Origin: an uncultured delta proteobacterium
Lineage (GTDB): Bacteria > Desulfobacterota > RBG-13-43-22
NCBI GenBank assembly: GCA_963743305.1
Contig: CAVUPH010000037.1
Location: forward strand, 1-64,000
Length of the DNA: 64,000 nt
Reading direction: 5' to 3'
The stretch's first letter is position 1. The number at the start of each line of letters is the position of its first letter. The notes below the pieces were generated by a model. It ran no database searches. It was not told where the DNA came from and saw only the letters and a list, made by a program, of their open reading frames with translations. Below are positions 10,432-20,162 of this stretch, piece after piece. The position numbers and the translations under genes are program-made.

Positions 10432-11237
10432 AGGAGACCCCGCCCATCGGCCTCATCGCGGGGAATGGGACCTTCCCGATTCTTATCGCTCAGGCCGCCC
10501 GGCAGGCGGGAAAAAGAATGATCGCCGTGGCCCACTTGGGGGAAACCAAGCCGGAGCTGGAACCCTGGGTGGAGAGCCTGCACTGGATTCGGTTGGGAGA
10601 ATTCGGCAAGCTGGTTAAAATCTTTCAAAAAGAAGCGGTCAGTCAGGTTATCCTGGCCGGAGGAATCGACAAGAAAAAGATGTTTTCCAGGGTCCGCCCC
10701 GACCTGAAAGGTCTCTTGCTGATGGCCAAAATGGGGCAGCGGAAGGACGACTTGATTCTCAGGACCGTGGCCCGGGAACTGGCTAAAGAAGGCCTGGAAG
10801 TGCTGCCCTCCACCACGCTCCTGCCTTCCCTGTTGGCCCCCCCCGGGGTATTAACCCGGCGTCGGCCCACGGATGAGGAGCAAAAGGATATCGATTTTGG
10901 CTGGCCCTTGGCCAAAGAAATGGGGAAATTGGATATCGGACAATGCCTGGTGGTCCGGAAGGGAGCGGTGGTGGCTGTAGAGGCCATAGAAGGAACCGAC
11001 GAAACCATCCGGCGGGGAGGACGGTTGGCCAAGGAAAAAGCGGTGGTAATCAAGGTGACCAAGCCGATTCAGGACCTGCGCTTTGATTTGCCGGCCATCG
11101 GGGAGCAGACTATCCGCACCATGCAGGAGGTAAAGGCCTCGGTCTTGGCCATTGAAGCCCGGAAGACCTTAATCTTCGATCAGGAGGCCACTATCCGTTT
11201 GGCCGACCGTTACCGGATGGTTATCGTTTCGAGATAA
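10428..11237 (+). CDS. lpxI: UDP-2,3-diacylglucosamine diphosphatase LpxI
   Basis: IGLIAGNG.FP, DIGQ, VEAIEGTD, QDLRFDLPAIG. Confidence 0.93.
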   Translation: MKETPPIGLIAGNGTFPILIAQAARQAGKRMIAVAHLGETKPELEPWVESLHWIRLGEFGKLVKIFQKEAVSQVILAGGIDKKKMFSRVRPDLKGLLLMAKMGQRKDDLILRTVARELAKEGLEVLPSTTLLPSLLAPPGVLTRRRPTDEEQKDIDFGWPLAKEMGKLDIGQCLVVRKGAVVAVEAIEGTDETIRRGGRLAKEKAVVIKVTKPIQDLRFDLPAIGEQTIRTMQEVKASVLAIEARKTLIFDQEATIRLADRYRMVIVSR

Positions 11238-11302
11238 ACCCGTTCTTTTTTTGTCCGAACCCATTCCCCCCGGCCTCTTTCGATAGCGATAGTTAATTCT
11301 GA

Positions 11303-11470
11303 ACTCAGTGACTTTAGATGCCCCCAGGCTGGCCCTGCCTCCTGGAAGATTTGATAACCCGGGGGCCGGGTTAGAACCTAAAAAGGCCCGCCTGAGGCGG
11401 GCTGGAAAGCCCTTTCGCCGAGACCCGGCGGCCAGTCCAGATATGGAGGGGGCCACCCAAAAGGGCGAAA
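11303..11470 (+). repeat. Dispersed ~170-nt element, family A (core GAAAGCCCTTTCGCCGAGACCCGG...CACCCAAAAGGGCGAA)
   Basis: Homologous over its length to the reverse complement of 63183-63363; core also at 63425-63491 and, split, at 42352-42619. Confidence 0.85.
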
Positions 11471-11497
11471 CGTTAGTATGAAAAGGAACGTTCCCGG

Positions 11498-12535
11498 TTG
11501 AAAAAAATAAAGGTGGGCATTATCGGTATGGGGTACCTGGGGCGGTTTCACCTGGAAAAATACGCCCGGATGGCGGAGGTGGAAATAGGCGGGGTAGCGG
11601 AGGTCCGTCCGGACTGTTTGCAGGAAATCACCGATCGATTCCAGATCCCCGGTTACCTGGATTACCGGGACCTGCTTCCTCAGGTGGAGGCGGTCAGTAT
11701 TGTCGTGCCCACCCAAGACCATAGTTCCATTGCCAAGGACTGTCTGGAGGCCGGAGTTTCGATACTGATTGAAAAACCCATTACCTCCACCCTGGCTGAG
11801 GCCGAGGAACTGATTGTCTTAGCCGAGCAAAAGGGCTGCCTGATCCAGGTCGGCCATTTGGAGCGGTTTAATCCGGCCTATTTGAAGGTCCGGCACCTCA
11901 TCCACCATCCGCTATTTATTGAGACCCATCGTCTATCACCCTTTAAAGAACGGGGGATCGATGTAAACGTGGTCCTGGACCTGATGATCCATGATTTGGA
12001 TTTGATCCTTCATCTCACCGATTCCCCTCCGGAAAATGTCCAGGCCGTCGGGGTACCGGTGGTTTCCAACCAGGTGGATATCGCCAACGCCCGCATCCAA
12101 TTTCAAAACGGCGGTGTGGCCAATATCACGGCCAGCCGGATATCCATCACGGCCATGCGCAAGCTGCGGATATTTCAACCGGGGGCCTACCTCTCTTTGG
12201 ACTTGGGGGCCAAGGCTTATCGATTGGTGCGGTTGGAAAAAGGGCCGGAGAAAGTACCGACCGGAATGCCCTTTGTTTTTGAAGAAGGGTCCTTCCCGGA
12301 ACAGGACGCCTTGGAATTGGAACTGCGATCGTTTATCCAGTCCATTCGGGAAGGAACTCCGCCCTTGGTTTCCGGAGAAGACGGCCGGAGGGCCTTGGCC
12401 CTGGCTTTGGAAGTTAACCGGGAAATAGAGAAGAATTGTTCCCTGGGCAGTGCCACCTGGATACCGGAGAATCTGCCGGAATTAGAGGCCTTCCAATCCT
12501 GGCTCGGTTCGGGAACGAACGGCTTCCAACCCTAA
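11498..12535 (+). CDS. Gfo/Idh/MocA oxidoreductase, GnnA-like (putative UDP-GlcNAc 3-dehydrogenase)
   Basis: GIIGMGYLG, IEKP, VGHLERFNP, VVLDLMIHDLD; lies between lpxA/lpxI and lpxB. Confidence 0.8.
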   Translation: MKKIKVGIIGMGYLGRFHLEKYARMAEVEIGGVAEVRPDCLQEITDRFQIPGYLDYRDLLPQVEAVSIVVPTQDHSSIAKDCLEAGVSILIEKPITSTLAEAEELIVLAEQKGCLIQVGHLERFNPAYLKVRHLIHHPLFIETHRLSPFKERGIDVNVVLDLMIHDLDLILHLTDSPPENVQAVGVPVVSNQVDIANARIQFQNGGVANITASRISITAMRKLRIFQPGAYLSLDLGAKAYRLVRLEKGPEKVPTGMPFVFEEGSFPEQDALELELRSFIQSIREGTPPLVSGEDGRRALALALEVNREIEKNCSLGSATWIPENLPELEAFQSWLGSGTNGFQP

Positions 12536-12540
12536 ACTTA

Positions 12541-13692
12541 GTGAAACCAATTAAAAAAATTTGTATTATCGCGGGCGAGGCCTCCGGTGATCTGCACGGG
12601 GCCGCCCTGGTCAAGGCCTTAAAGGAATTGGGGGGATCCCTCGTTTTTTTCGGACTGGGGGGGCCGCGATTGAGGGAGGCCGGGGTGGAGATGGTCTATC
12701 CCCCACCGCTGAACGTGGTCGGCTTTACCGAGGTGGTGGCCAAGATCGCTCATATTTTTCGGGCTTTTCAAAAGGTAAAGCGAACCTTGGTGGATCGGGC
12801 CGCCGATCTGCTGGTGTTGATCGATTATCCCGAACTCAATTTGCGCCTGGCCCGTTTCGCCCACCGGCGGAAGATCCCCGTCCTTTTTTATATCAGTCCC
12901 CAGGTCTGGGCCTGGCGCGCCGGTCGGGTCAAAACCATTGCCCGGGTAGTGGACCGCATGGCCGTCATCCTTCCTTTTGAAGAGGAATTTTACCGGGGCC
13001 GCGGGATGACGGTGGAATTTGTGGGTCATCCCCTGGTGGACGTTCTGGAAGAGACCCGGCCGCTGAAAGCCGACCCCGATCTTCCCGGGGTCGGACCGGA
13101 AAGTACCGTCATCGGACTGTTGCCGGGAAGCCGTCCGACAGAAGTCAGTCAACTCCTGCCGGTCCTGCTGGATACCGCCTGGGCCTTGAAGCAACGATTC
13201 GCGGGCCCGTTGGTTTTTTGGCTGCCCATAGCACCTTCGCTCGATCCCTTGGTCATCCGGGAGAAGGCCGCCCCTTATCAGGAGCGGGGGCTTTCCCTTC
13301 GGCTTATCTCCGGGGTTTCCCCGGCGGCCCTGAAACGTTCTGATCTGGTCCTGGTGACTTCGGGAACGGCCACCCTGGAGGCGGCTATCTTTGGGGTCCC
13401 CATGATCATTGTCTACAAGGTTTCAGCGGTCAACTATTGGATTGCCAAGCGATTGATCAAAGTGCCTTATATCGGACTGGTGAACTGGATTGCCGGAGAA
13501 AAAATTATTTCCGAATATGTCCAGGATCAGGCCCAGCCGCAGGCCCTGACCGAAGAGGCCTGGCGCTTGCTGAACGACCCGGCCCAACGAGAGAACCTGC
13601 GGACGAAAATGGCCCTGGTCAGACAAAAATTGGGAGGGCCGGGAGCTTCCCGTCGGGTAGCCCGAATGGCCCTGGAGATGCTAGGCGGATGA
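12541..13692 (+). CDS. lpxB: Lipid-A-disaccharide synthase
   Basis: IAGEASGDLHG, IDYPELN, YISPQVWAWR, LLPGSR, SGTATLE. Confidence 0.96.
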   Translation: MKPIKKICIIAGEASGDLHGAALVKALKELGGSLVFFGLGGPRLREAGVEMVYPPPLNVVGFTEVVAKIAHIFRAFQKVKRTLVDRAADLLVLIDYPELNLRLARFAHRRKIPVLFYISPQVWAWRAGRVKTIARVVDRMAVILPFEEEFYRGRGMTVEFVGHPLVDVLEETRPLKADPDLPGVGPESTVIGLLPGSRPTEVSQLLPVLLDTAWALKQRFAGPLVFWLPIAPSLDPLVIREKAAPYQERGLSLRLISGVSPAALKRSDLVLVTSGTATLEAAIFGVPMIIVYKVSAVNYWIAKRLIKVPYIGLVNWIAGEKIISEYVQDQAQPQALTEEAWRLLNDPAQRENLRTKMALVRQKLGGPGASRRVARMALEMLGG

Positions 13693-15419
13693 TGACGGAA
13701 CGGCTCCTCTCTTTAGTCAAACCCTATTGGTTCCGCCTGGCCCTGGCCATGGTCTGCATGGCCGTGGTAGCCGGAGTCACCGCCCTGATGGCCTATCTGG
13801 TCAAACCGGTGCTGGACGATATTTTTTTCCAGAAGAATATGGCGACCCTTTCCCTGTTGCCGCCCTTTATTATCCTGCTCTACATCGTCAAGGGAGGGTT
13901 CGGTTACGGCCAGTCCTACCTGATGAGCTTCGTGGGCCAGCGGATTGTGGCCAACCTCCGGGAAAACCTGTACAGCCACCTGCAGCGGTTGTCCCTTTCT
14001 TATTTTGATCGGACCTCCACCGGGCTGTTGATGTCCCGGATCATCAACGATGTCAACCTGATTCAGGGGGCGGTTTCCAGTGCCGTCACCGGGATACTGA
14101 AAGACCTGTTCACCATTATCGGTCTGGTGGCGGTCATTTTCTACCGGGATTGGCAATTGGCCGGCTTAGCCATTTTGGTGTTGCCGATCGCGGTGCTGCC
14201 GATCGTTAAATTCGGGCGCAAGCTCCGGAAGATCAGCACCCAGAGTCAAAAAACCATGGCGGCCATCTCCATCCATCTCCACGAAACCTTGTCCGGAAAC
14301 CGGATCGTCAAGGCCTTTGGAATGGAGGACCGGGAAGTGGAACGCTTCCGGGAGAGCAATCAACGATTTTTCGATTTGACCATGAAAGACGTTTCGGTCA
14401 AATCCATGTCTTCCCCCATCATGGAATTTTTAGGAGGTATCGGGATTGCCGCCATTATCTGGTATGGCGGCTATAATGTCATCCAGGGAACCTCCACCCC
14501 CGGGACTTTTTTTTCCTTTCTTACGGCCCTGTTGATGCTCTACGAACCGATTAAACACCTAAGCGGGGTCAACAACACCATTCAGCAGGGCCTGGCGGCC
14601 GCCGTTCGGGTTTTCGAGGTCCTGGATCTGAAGCCGGAGATTGAGGATCAGGCCGGGGCCGCGTTGCTCCGGGAAGTGCGGCAGGGCATCGTCTTTAAAG
14701 ACGTTTCCTTCCGTTACGACCGGGATTGGGTCCTCCGGCACATCAATCTGGAAGTCCGCTCCGGAGAAGTCATCGCCCTGGTCGGGACCAGCGGCGGTGG
14801 GAAAACGACTCTGGTGAACCTTATTCCGCGTTTTTACGAGAGGACGGAAGGGGAAATCCTGATAGACGGCCGGCCGATCCAGTCGTTTACCCAGGCCTCC
14901 CTGCGCCGACAGATCGGCATTGTGACCCAACAAACCATCCTCTTCAACGATACGGTTCGCAGCAATATTCGTTATGGATCGCCCCAAAAAAGCGAGGAAG
15001 AGATCCTCCAGGCGGCCCGAGCTGCTTATGCCTATGACTTCATCGACCGGCTCCCGGATAAAATGGAAACCCTCATCGGCGAACAGGGGATCCGTTTGTC
15101 CGGCGGCGAGCGCCAGCGGATTTCCATTGCCCGGGCGTTACTGAAGGACGCCCCCATCCTGATCCTGGATGAAGCCACTTCGGCCCTGGATTCCGATTCG
15201 GAGGCCGAGGTTCAGCGGGCACTGGAAAACCTGATGACCGGGCGGACAACCCTGGTCATCGCCCATCGCTTTTCCACCATCCGCAAGGCCGATCGGATTA
15301 TCGTCATCGCCGACGGCCGGATCGTGGAGCAGGGAAGACACGAGGAGCTGTGGCAATTGAATGGGGAATACCGGAGGATCTATGAGATTCAGTTCCGGAA
15401 CAAGGGCGACGAGGATTAA
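13689..15419 (+). CDS. msbA: Lipid A export ABC transporter
   Basis: TM domain plus GTSGGGKT, LSGGERQR, DEATSALD; directly after lpxB. Confidence 0.92.
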   Translation: MMTERLLSLVKPYWFRLALAMVCMAVVAGVTALMAYLVKPVLDDIFFQKNMATLSLLPPFIILLYIVKGGFGYGQSYLMSFVGQRIVANLRENLYSHLQRLSLSYFDRTSTGLLMSRIINDVNLIQGAVSSAVTGILKDLFTIIGLVAVIFYRDWQLAGLAILVLPIAVLPIVKFGRKLRKISTQSQKTMAAISIHLHETLSGNRIVKAFGMEDREVERFRESNQRFFDLTMKDVSVKSMSSPIMEFLGGIGIAAIIWYGGYNVIQGTSTPGTFFSFLTALLMLYEPIKHLSGVNNTIQQGLAAAVRVFEVLDLKPEIEDQAGAALLREVRQGIVFKDVSFRYDRDWVLRHINLEVRSGEVIALVGTSGGGKTTLVNLIPRFYERTEGEILIDGRPIQSFTQASLRRQIGIVTQQTILFNDTVRSNIRYGSPQKSEEEILQAARAAYAYDFIDRLPDKMETLIGEQGIRLSGGERQRISIARALLKDAPILILDEATSALDSDSEAEVQRALENLMTGRTTLVIAHRFSTIRKADRIIVIADGRIVEQGRHEELWQLNGEYRRIYEIQFRNKGDED

Positions 15420-15422
15420 CCG

Positions 15423-16478
15423 GTGGATTGGAGATGGCTGTCGGCCGGGGAGGGGGAAACGGCCTGGGATCAAGGGCTGGAGCAGTTTGCGGAGGCCCCC
15501 TATTCCTTGCTCTATGGCTGGCGCCGGGTCTATGAGGAATCGCTGGGTCTCAAGACCCATTATCTCCTGGTCGAAGACCGGGGCCGGGTTCGAGGCCTCT
15601 GCCCTTTGGTCCTGATGAAGAGCCCCTGGATCGGCGGCGGCCGGCATCTCATTTCCCTGCCCTACCAGACCCGGGCCGGTTTATGGACCCTCGACCCGGC
15701 GCTGCGGGAGGGGATGCTGGCGGCCGTCAACGCCCAAGCGGAGACCTTGAAGGCTGATACGGTGGAATTGCGGGAATTAGAGGCCCTCCAGGACCCCGAG
15801 ATCCCGGCCAATCAAGAGCATCTGGAAATGATTCTGGAACTGCCGGGTGACTGGAAGGTCTTTGAAAAACAGGTCGGCCCCCGGCTGCGCCAGGCCAGGA
15901 AAGCCCGAGAGTCGGGCCTGGTGGTGCGCCAGGGTGCGGGAAAAGACCTGATCGAGGATTTTTATCGGGTTTTTTCAATCAGGATGCGGGAACTGTTTTT
16001 TCCGGTTTATCCGTTGAGGTTTTTTCAAAAGATCCTGCAGGTGTTTCCTGACCGCTGCCGGCTGCTTGTGGTCTATAAAGGGACGGTTCCGGTGGCCGGG
16101 ATGCTTCTCTTCCGTTACCGGGCCAGTGTCAGCGCCCCTTATGTGGCCAGTTTGACGGCCCATCAAAACGAACATCCGAACCAGTTGTTGTACCAGACCG
16201 CCCTCCGGGACACCTGGGAGTCGGGGGCGTCCTATTTTAGTTTTTGCCGCAGCCAGTCGGGTTCGGGGACCTACCAATTTAAACGCCAGTGGAAGGCCCA
16301 GCCCCGCCCCTTGCGCTACCTCTACCCTCGGGACAAAAACGGCGGGAGAGTCCACTCGATAGGGGAAGCCCGGCAGTCCCTCACTTACCACCTGGCGGCA
16401 ACGTTCTGGCCTCGACTTCCTTTGTCCTGGACCCAATGGCTGGGGAGCCGCTTAATCCGCCGGTTGGTTATCGCCTGA
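15423..16478 (+). CDS. FemAB-like / GNAT family acyl- or aminoacyl-transferase
   Basis: LISLPY, VELRE, RQARKA, PNQLLY, FSFCRS..GSGTYQFKRQW resemble FemAB-related proteins. Confidence 0.75.
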   Translation: MDWRWLSAGEGETAWDQGLEQFAEAPYSLLYGWRRVYEESLGLKTHYLLVEDRGRVRGLCPLVLMKSPWIGGGRHLISLPYQTRAGLWTLDPALREGMLAAVNAQAETLKADTVELRELEALQDPEIPANQEHLEMILELPGDWKVFEKQVGPRLRQARKARESGLVVRQGAGKDLIEDFYRVFSIRMRELFFPVYPLRFFQKILQVFPDRCRLLVVYKGTVPVAGMLLFRYRASVSAPYVASLTAHQNEHPNQLLYQTALRDTWESGASYFSFCRSQSGSGTYQFKRQWKAQPRPLRYLYPRDKNGGRVHSIGEARQSLTYHLAATFWPRLPLSWTQWLGSRLIRRLVIA

Positions 16479-17191
16479 TGGAAAACCAGCGCTTGGCCAA
16501 GGTCCTCATTATTATCCCGGCCTATCAGGAGGAAGACAATATCTCCCGGGTGCTGGAAGACATCCGCGCCCACCTCCCCGAGCCGGATATTCTGGTCATC
16601 AATGACGGCTCCAGCGATCAGACCGCCGCCCGGGCCAGAGAGGCGGGGGTCAGAGTGATTGATCTGCCTTTCAACCTGGGGATTGGCGCGGCGGTGCAGA
16701 CCGGGTTTCAATATGCCGCGGCCCACCACTACACCGCCGCTATCCAGATCGACGCGGATTATCAACATCCGGCCGAGGAGGCTCCCCGGCTCTTGAAAAC
16801 CCTGGAAGATGAAAGAGCGGACCTGGTGATCGGTTCCCGTTTCATCACCCCGACCGGCTACCGCGGGTCCTGGATGCGCCGTCTGGGCAACCTGATTTTT
16901 CAGGGGGCCAACGCCTTGATCGTGGGTCAGCGGATCGTGGACAATACTTCCGGATTCCGGGCCTATTCGGAAAGGGCCATCGCGATCCTGGCCCAAAATT
17001 ATCTGGGTGAATATCCGGAACCGGAATCGATCAGTTACCTGGATGCCAGCGGCTGCCGCCTGGTGGAGATACCGGTCAGGATGCGCACCCGTCCGGCCGG
17101 AGTTTCTTCCATCACCCCGATAAAAAGCGTTTATTACATGGTTCGGGTCTTGATCTCCATCCTTTCCTTCAAAAGACGTCGGCGGAGGTAA
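16478..17191 (+). CDS. GT2 glycosyltransferase (polyprenol-phosphate sugar synthase-like)
   Basis: IIIPAYQE, INDGSSD, NLGIGAAVQTG, DADYQH, DNTSGFRA. Confidence 0.88.
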   Translation: MENQRLAKVLIIIPAYQEEDNISRVLEDIRAHLPEPDILVINDGSSDQTAARAREAGVRVIDLPFNLGIGAAVQTGFQYAAAHHYTAAIQIDADYQHPAEEAPRLLKTLEDERADLVIGSRFITPTGYRGSWMRRLGNLIFQGANALIVGQRIVDNTSGFRAYSERAIAILAQNYLGEYPEPESISYLDASGCRLVEIPVRMRTRPAGVSSITPIKSVYYMVRVLISILSFKRRRRR

Positions 17192-17194
17192 CCC

Positions 17195-17566
17195 ATGAAT
17201 TTTGTTCTGTTGAAAATCAGCACCCTGCTGCTTTCCTTGTTTCTCTTCTTTTGGATTTTTTCCCTGATCCGGCGGAGAAGGCTGATGGAAGAATATTCTT
17301 TTTTGTGGATTATGATCGCCGGCGTGTTTTTAGGGTTGTCGTTTTTCCATCCCCTGATCGACCGGGTCGCCCATTGGCTGGGGATTGACTACGGCCCGAC
17401 TGCGTTGTTCCTTTTCTTCAATGTCGTCACCATTTTTATTCTAATTCATTTTTCCATCCAGCTTTCGGACTTTAAGACCAAAAAACGCATCCTGGCCCAG
17501 GAAGTGGCTCTGCTGAGGGACCGGGTGGACACGCTTTCCCGGCGGGATGGGGATCCGGACCTATAA
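17195..17566 (+). CDS. DUF2304-family small membrane protein
   Basis: Three hydrophobic segments, EEYSFLW, LAQEVALL; typical partner downstream of GT2. Confidence 0.8.
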   Translation: MNFVLLKISTLLLSLFLFFWIFSLIRRRRLMEEYSFLWIMIAGVFLGLSFFHPLIDRVAHWLGIDYGPTALFLFFNVVTIFILIHFSIQLSDFKTKKRILAQEVALLRDRVDTLSRRDGDPDL

Positions 17567-17617
17567 TCGCAAAGTTATATCTGTTCCGGATGGATGGCGG
17601 CAGGATTAACTAAAAAA

Positions 17618-17795
17618 ATGAACATCGAACATCGAACGTCCAGCATCGAATGAAAAACAAATATCCACTTCTGGTATTTGAAAGCGGCTCAACGATCAAT
17701 AGGATTCTGACCGAAAGCTTGATCAGACTCTCTACCAGATCAAGTCTGTTTCTTCATCTTTTTTCATTTAACCTTCGATGTTCGATGTTCAATGC
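17618..17795. repeat. Inverted heptamer repeats (AACATCG)n ... (TTCGATG)n
   Basis: gaacatcgaacatcgaacgtccagcatcgaa ... ttcgatgttcgatgttcaatg. Confidence 0.8.
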
Positions 17796-17829
17796 TGCTA
17801 ACATCCTGAACGGCATAAATTAGGCGGTA

Positions 17830-18696
17830 ATGAACCTCCTCACCTTTGACATCGAAGACTGGTATCATATCAACTATCCGCGCACCGATTTTGAGCGCTT
17901 CGACCGGCAAGAGGACCAGCACTCGCTGGTGGATCGTCTTCAAGGGATTTTAGCGCTCTGCCGCAGGCACCAGGCCAGGGGGACCTTCTTTGTCCTGGGG
18001 CGCTTATTGGAGAAGCGCCCCAGGATCGGTGAACTGATCTTGGAGGCCGGACAGGAATTGGCCCTCCACGGGTATGAGCATCATCTCTTGCGGGATCGGG
18101 GACCCGAGGGGTTTCGCCGGGACCTGGAAGGCTCGCTCAAGGTTTTCCGGGACCTGACCGGAAAGCCGCCCTTAGGCTTCCGCGCCCCTTCCTGGTCCAT
18201 CGGGCCGGACACCCTCTGGGCCCTGGAAATCCTCGAATCCTTTGGCCTGGCCTACGACGCTTCCATTTTCCCGATCAAGAATTTTTTATACGGTATTCCC
18301 ACCGCCCCGTTGCGCCCTTTTTACCCCCGGGTCCAAGGCCGCTCCCTTAAACTCCTGGAGATCCCGGCATCGGTCTATGCCTGGGGAACCCGGCGGGTCC
18401 CGTATTCGGGGGGACTTTATTTTAATCTCTGGCCCTGGGCGGTTATTCGTTTTTTTGCCCAGCGGGTCCTTCAGCAGGGCCGGTATAATTTGTTTTATTT
18501 CCACCCCTGGGATCTTTGGCCCCGGCCGAAGCGGTTGATCCGGGAATTAAGGGCCCGCTGGCTGCACCTGCACCTGGGAAATCCTCGGAAAAAATTTGAA
18601 ACCTTGCTGAATCGGTTTCGGCTGCAATCCCTATCCGACGTATTACCGGCCCTGAAACAGGCGGCCGGGCCGGCGGATCCGCTGGGAGGCGAATGA
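17830..18696 (+). CDS. Polysaccharide deacetylase (DUF3473-type)
   Basis: LTFDIEDWY, TFFVLG, HGYEH, GFRAPSWS, YFHPWD. Confidence 0.88.
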   Translation: MNLLTFDIEDWYHINYPRTDFERFDRQEDQHSLVDRLQGILALCRRHQARGTFFVLGRLLEKRPRIGELILEAGQELALHGYEHHLLRDRGPEGFRRDLEGSLKVFRDLTGKPPLGFRAPSWSIGPDTLWALEILESFGLAYDASIFPIKNFLYGIPTAPLRPFYPRVQGRSLKLLEIPASVYAWGTRRVPYSGGLYFNLWPWAVIRFFAQRVLQQGRYNLFYFHPWDLWPRPKRLIRELRARWLHLHLGNPRKKFETLLNRFRLQSLSDVLPALKQAAGPADPLGGE

Positions 18697-20162
18697 TTTC
18701 CAAAAACGATCGACCGTATCAATGGGGCTTTTACGCGCTGCTGGCCGGCCATCTGCTCCTTTGGCTGTCTCTGGGAATGCTGCTGGACCTGCACCCGGAT
18801 GAAGCCGACCACTGGGTCTGGTCGCGTTTCCTGTCCTGGGGCTACTACGAACATCCGCCCATGGTCGCTTGGGCGATCCGGTTGTGCACCACCCTGCTAG
18901 GGAATAATCAATGGGCTCTGGAAATCGGGTCCCAGGTTCTGACCTTGTTGGTTTTTATCCTGATCTTTCAATTGGCCCGGAGGCAGTTCGGCGTTCGCGC
19001 GGCTTTTTTTAGCGTCCTGCTGCTGGAGGCGGCTCCCTTGTACGCCGTGGGCAGTATCATCTTTATCATCGATACGCCCCTGATGGTTTTTTACAGTTGG
19101 GCGGCCCTGGAGTTCTGGCGGGCTTGGGCCTCAAAGAGCAACGCGGCCTATTATCGGGCCGGAATCGCCTGGGGACTGGCCCTCCTTTCCAAGTTCACCG
19201 CCGTCCTGTTTTTGGGAGCCGCCTTTTTGTTTTTGGTGTCTGCGCCGGAAAGACGAAAGGCCTTCCGCAATCCGCACCTCTGGGCCGCCCTGGTTTTAGG
19301 GCTCCTTTTGTTTTCCCCCTTTCTCTACTGGAACTATCTGAACGGCTGGATTTCTCTGGGATCGCAGTTGGAAAAAGGCTTGACCGGGGGGAAGTTCGGA
19401 ATTCAGGCCCTGGCTTTCGCGTTCGGGCAACCCCTGATTCTAGGACCGGTGTTGTTTTTCCTCCTGGCCGGGGCCTGGACCCGGACCTGCCGCGGGGGCG
19501 GCTGGCGGGATGACCCTTCGGCCTATCTGCTTTTTTTGACCGGGGTGCCGCTGCTGGTTTTCACCCTGGCGGCCTTTAAAGGAAAGTACACCGATCCCAG
19601 TTGGGGGAACGTCGCCTGGCTTTTCGGGGCGGTCCTTTTGGGAAAGAGCCTGGCGGAAAAGTGGCCCCGGATATCCAGGGTCCGAAAGTGGGTAGTGGGA
19701 GGGGCGGTGTTTTTGACCGGTTGGTTTCCGGTGATGCTGATCGCCGTCCATATCTTCTTCCCTTACCTGCCGGTCGCCGCCCACCAGGACCGGACCCTGG
19801 AAATGAGGGGTTGGAGGGAATTGGGGCAGGGTTTAGGGCGGGAATACGCCCGGGTCTTTCCGAATCAGGAAAAGGTGTTCGTGGTCGCCGACGATTACCA
19901 ACTGGCCGGGGTCATTTCCTTTTACACGCCCCAGCATCCCTGGCCCTATTCTTTCGGCAAATCGGCGCGCAATATCTGGATTTCGCTGCCCGAGCTGAAA
20001 AATCAGGGGGCCCTGCTGGTCTGTTATCAGGATCATTGTCCCCAGGACCGGGAAAAAGCCCGGGTTCTTTTTTCAAAAATCGATAAACTCCGGGAGATCC
20101 AGATCTTCCGCAAAGAAGAAGTGGTCAAGACCTTCGAAGTTTATTATGTTGGAAACCGATGA
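18693..20162 (+). CDS. ArnT/GT39-like (GT-C) membrane glycosyltransferase
   Basis: DEA.HW.WSR..SWGYYEHPPM, DTPL, LALLSKFT, multiple TM segments. Confidence 0.85.
   Translation: MISKNDRPYQWGFYALLAGHLLLWLSLGMLLDLHPDEADHWVWSRFLSWGYYEHPPMVAWAIRLCTTLLGNNQWALEIGSQVLTLLVFILIFQLARRQFGVRAAFFSVLLLEAAPLYAVGSIIFIIDTPLMVFYSWAALEFWRAWASKSNAAYYRAGIAWGLALLSKFTAVLFLGAAFLFLVSAPERRKAFRNPHLWAALVLGLLLFSPFLYWNYLNGWISLGSQLEKGLTGGKFGIQALAFAFGQPLILGPVLFFLLAGAWTRTCRGGGWRDDPSAYLLFLTGVPLLVFTLAAFKGKYTDPSWGNVAWLFGAVLLGKSLAEKWPRISRVRKWVVGGAVFLTGWFPVMLIAVHIFFPYLPVAAHQDRTLEMRGWRELGQGLGREYARVFPNQEKVFVVADDYQLAGVISFYTPQHPWPYSFGKSARNIWISLPELKNQGALLVCYQDHCPQDREKARVLFSKIDKLREIQIFRKEEVVKTFEVYYVGNR

Noticed and set aside
11368-11385. 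Integron attC site (GTTAGAAC)
   Set aside because: Does not match GTTRRRY, has no RYYYAAC partner with L boxes, and there is no integrase or cassette organisation.
11405-11475. HDV-like ribozyme suggested by hairpin + CGAA at the end of family A
   Set aside because: The bases after CGAA have no upstream P2 partner in this copy and vary between copies; no P1.1/P3 could be built.
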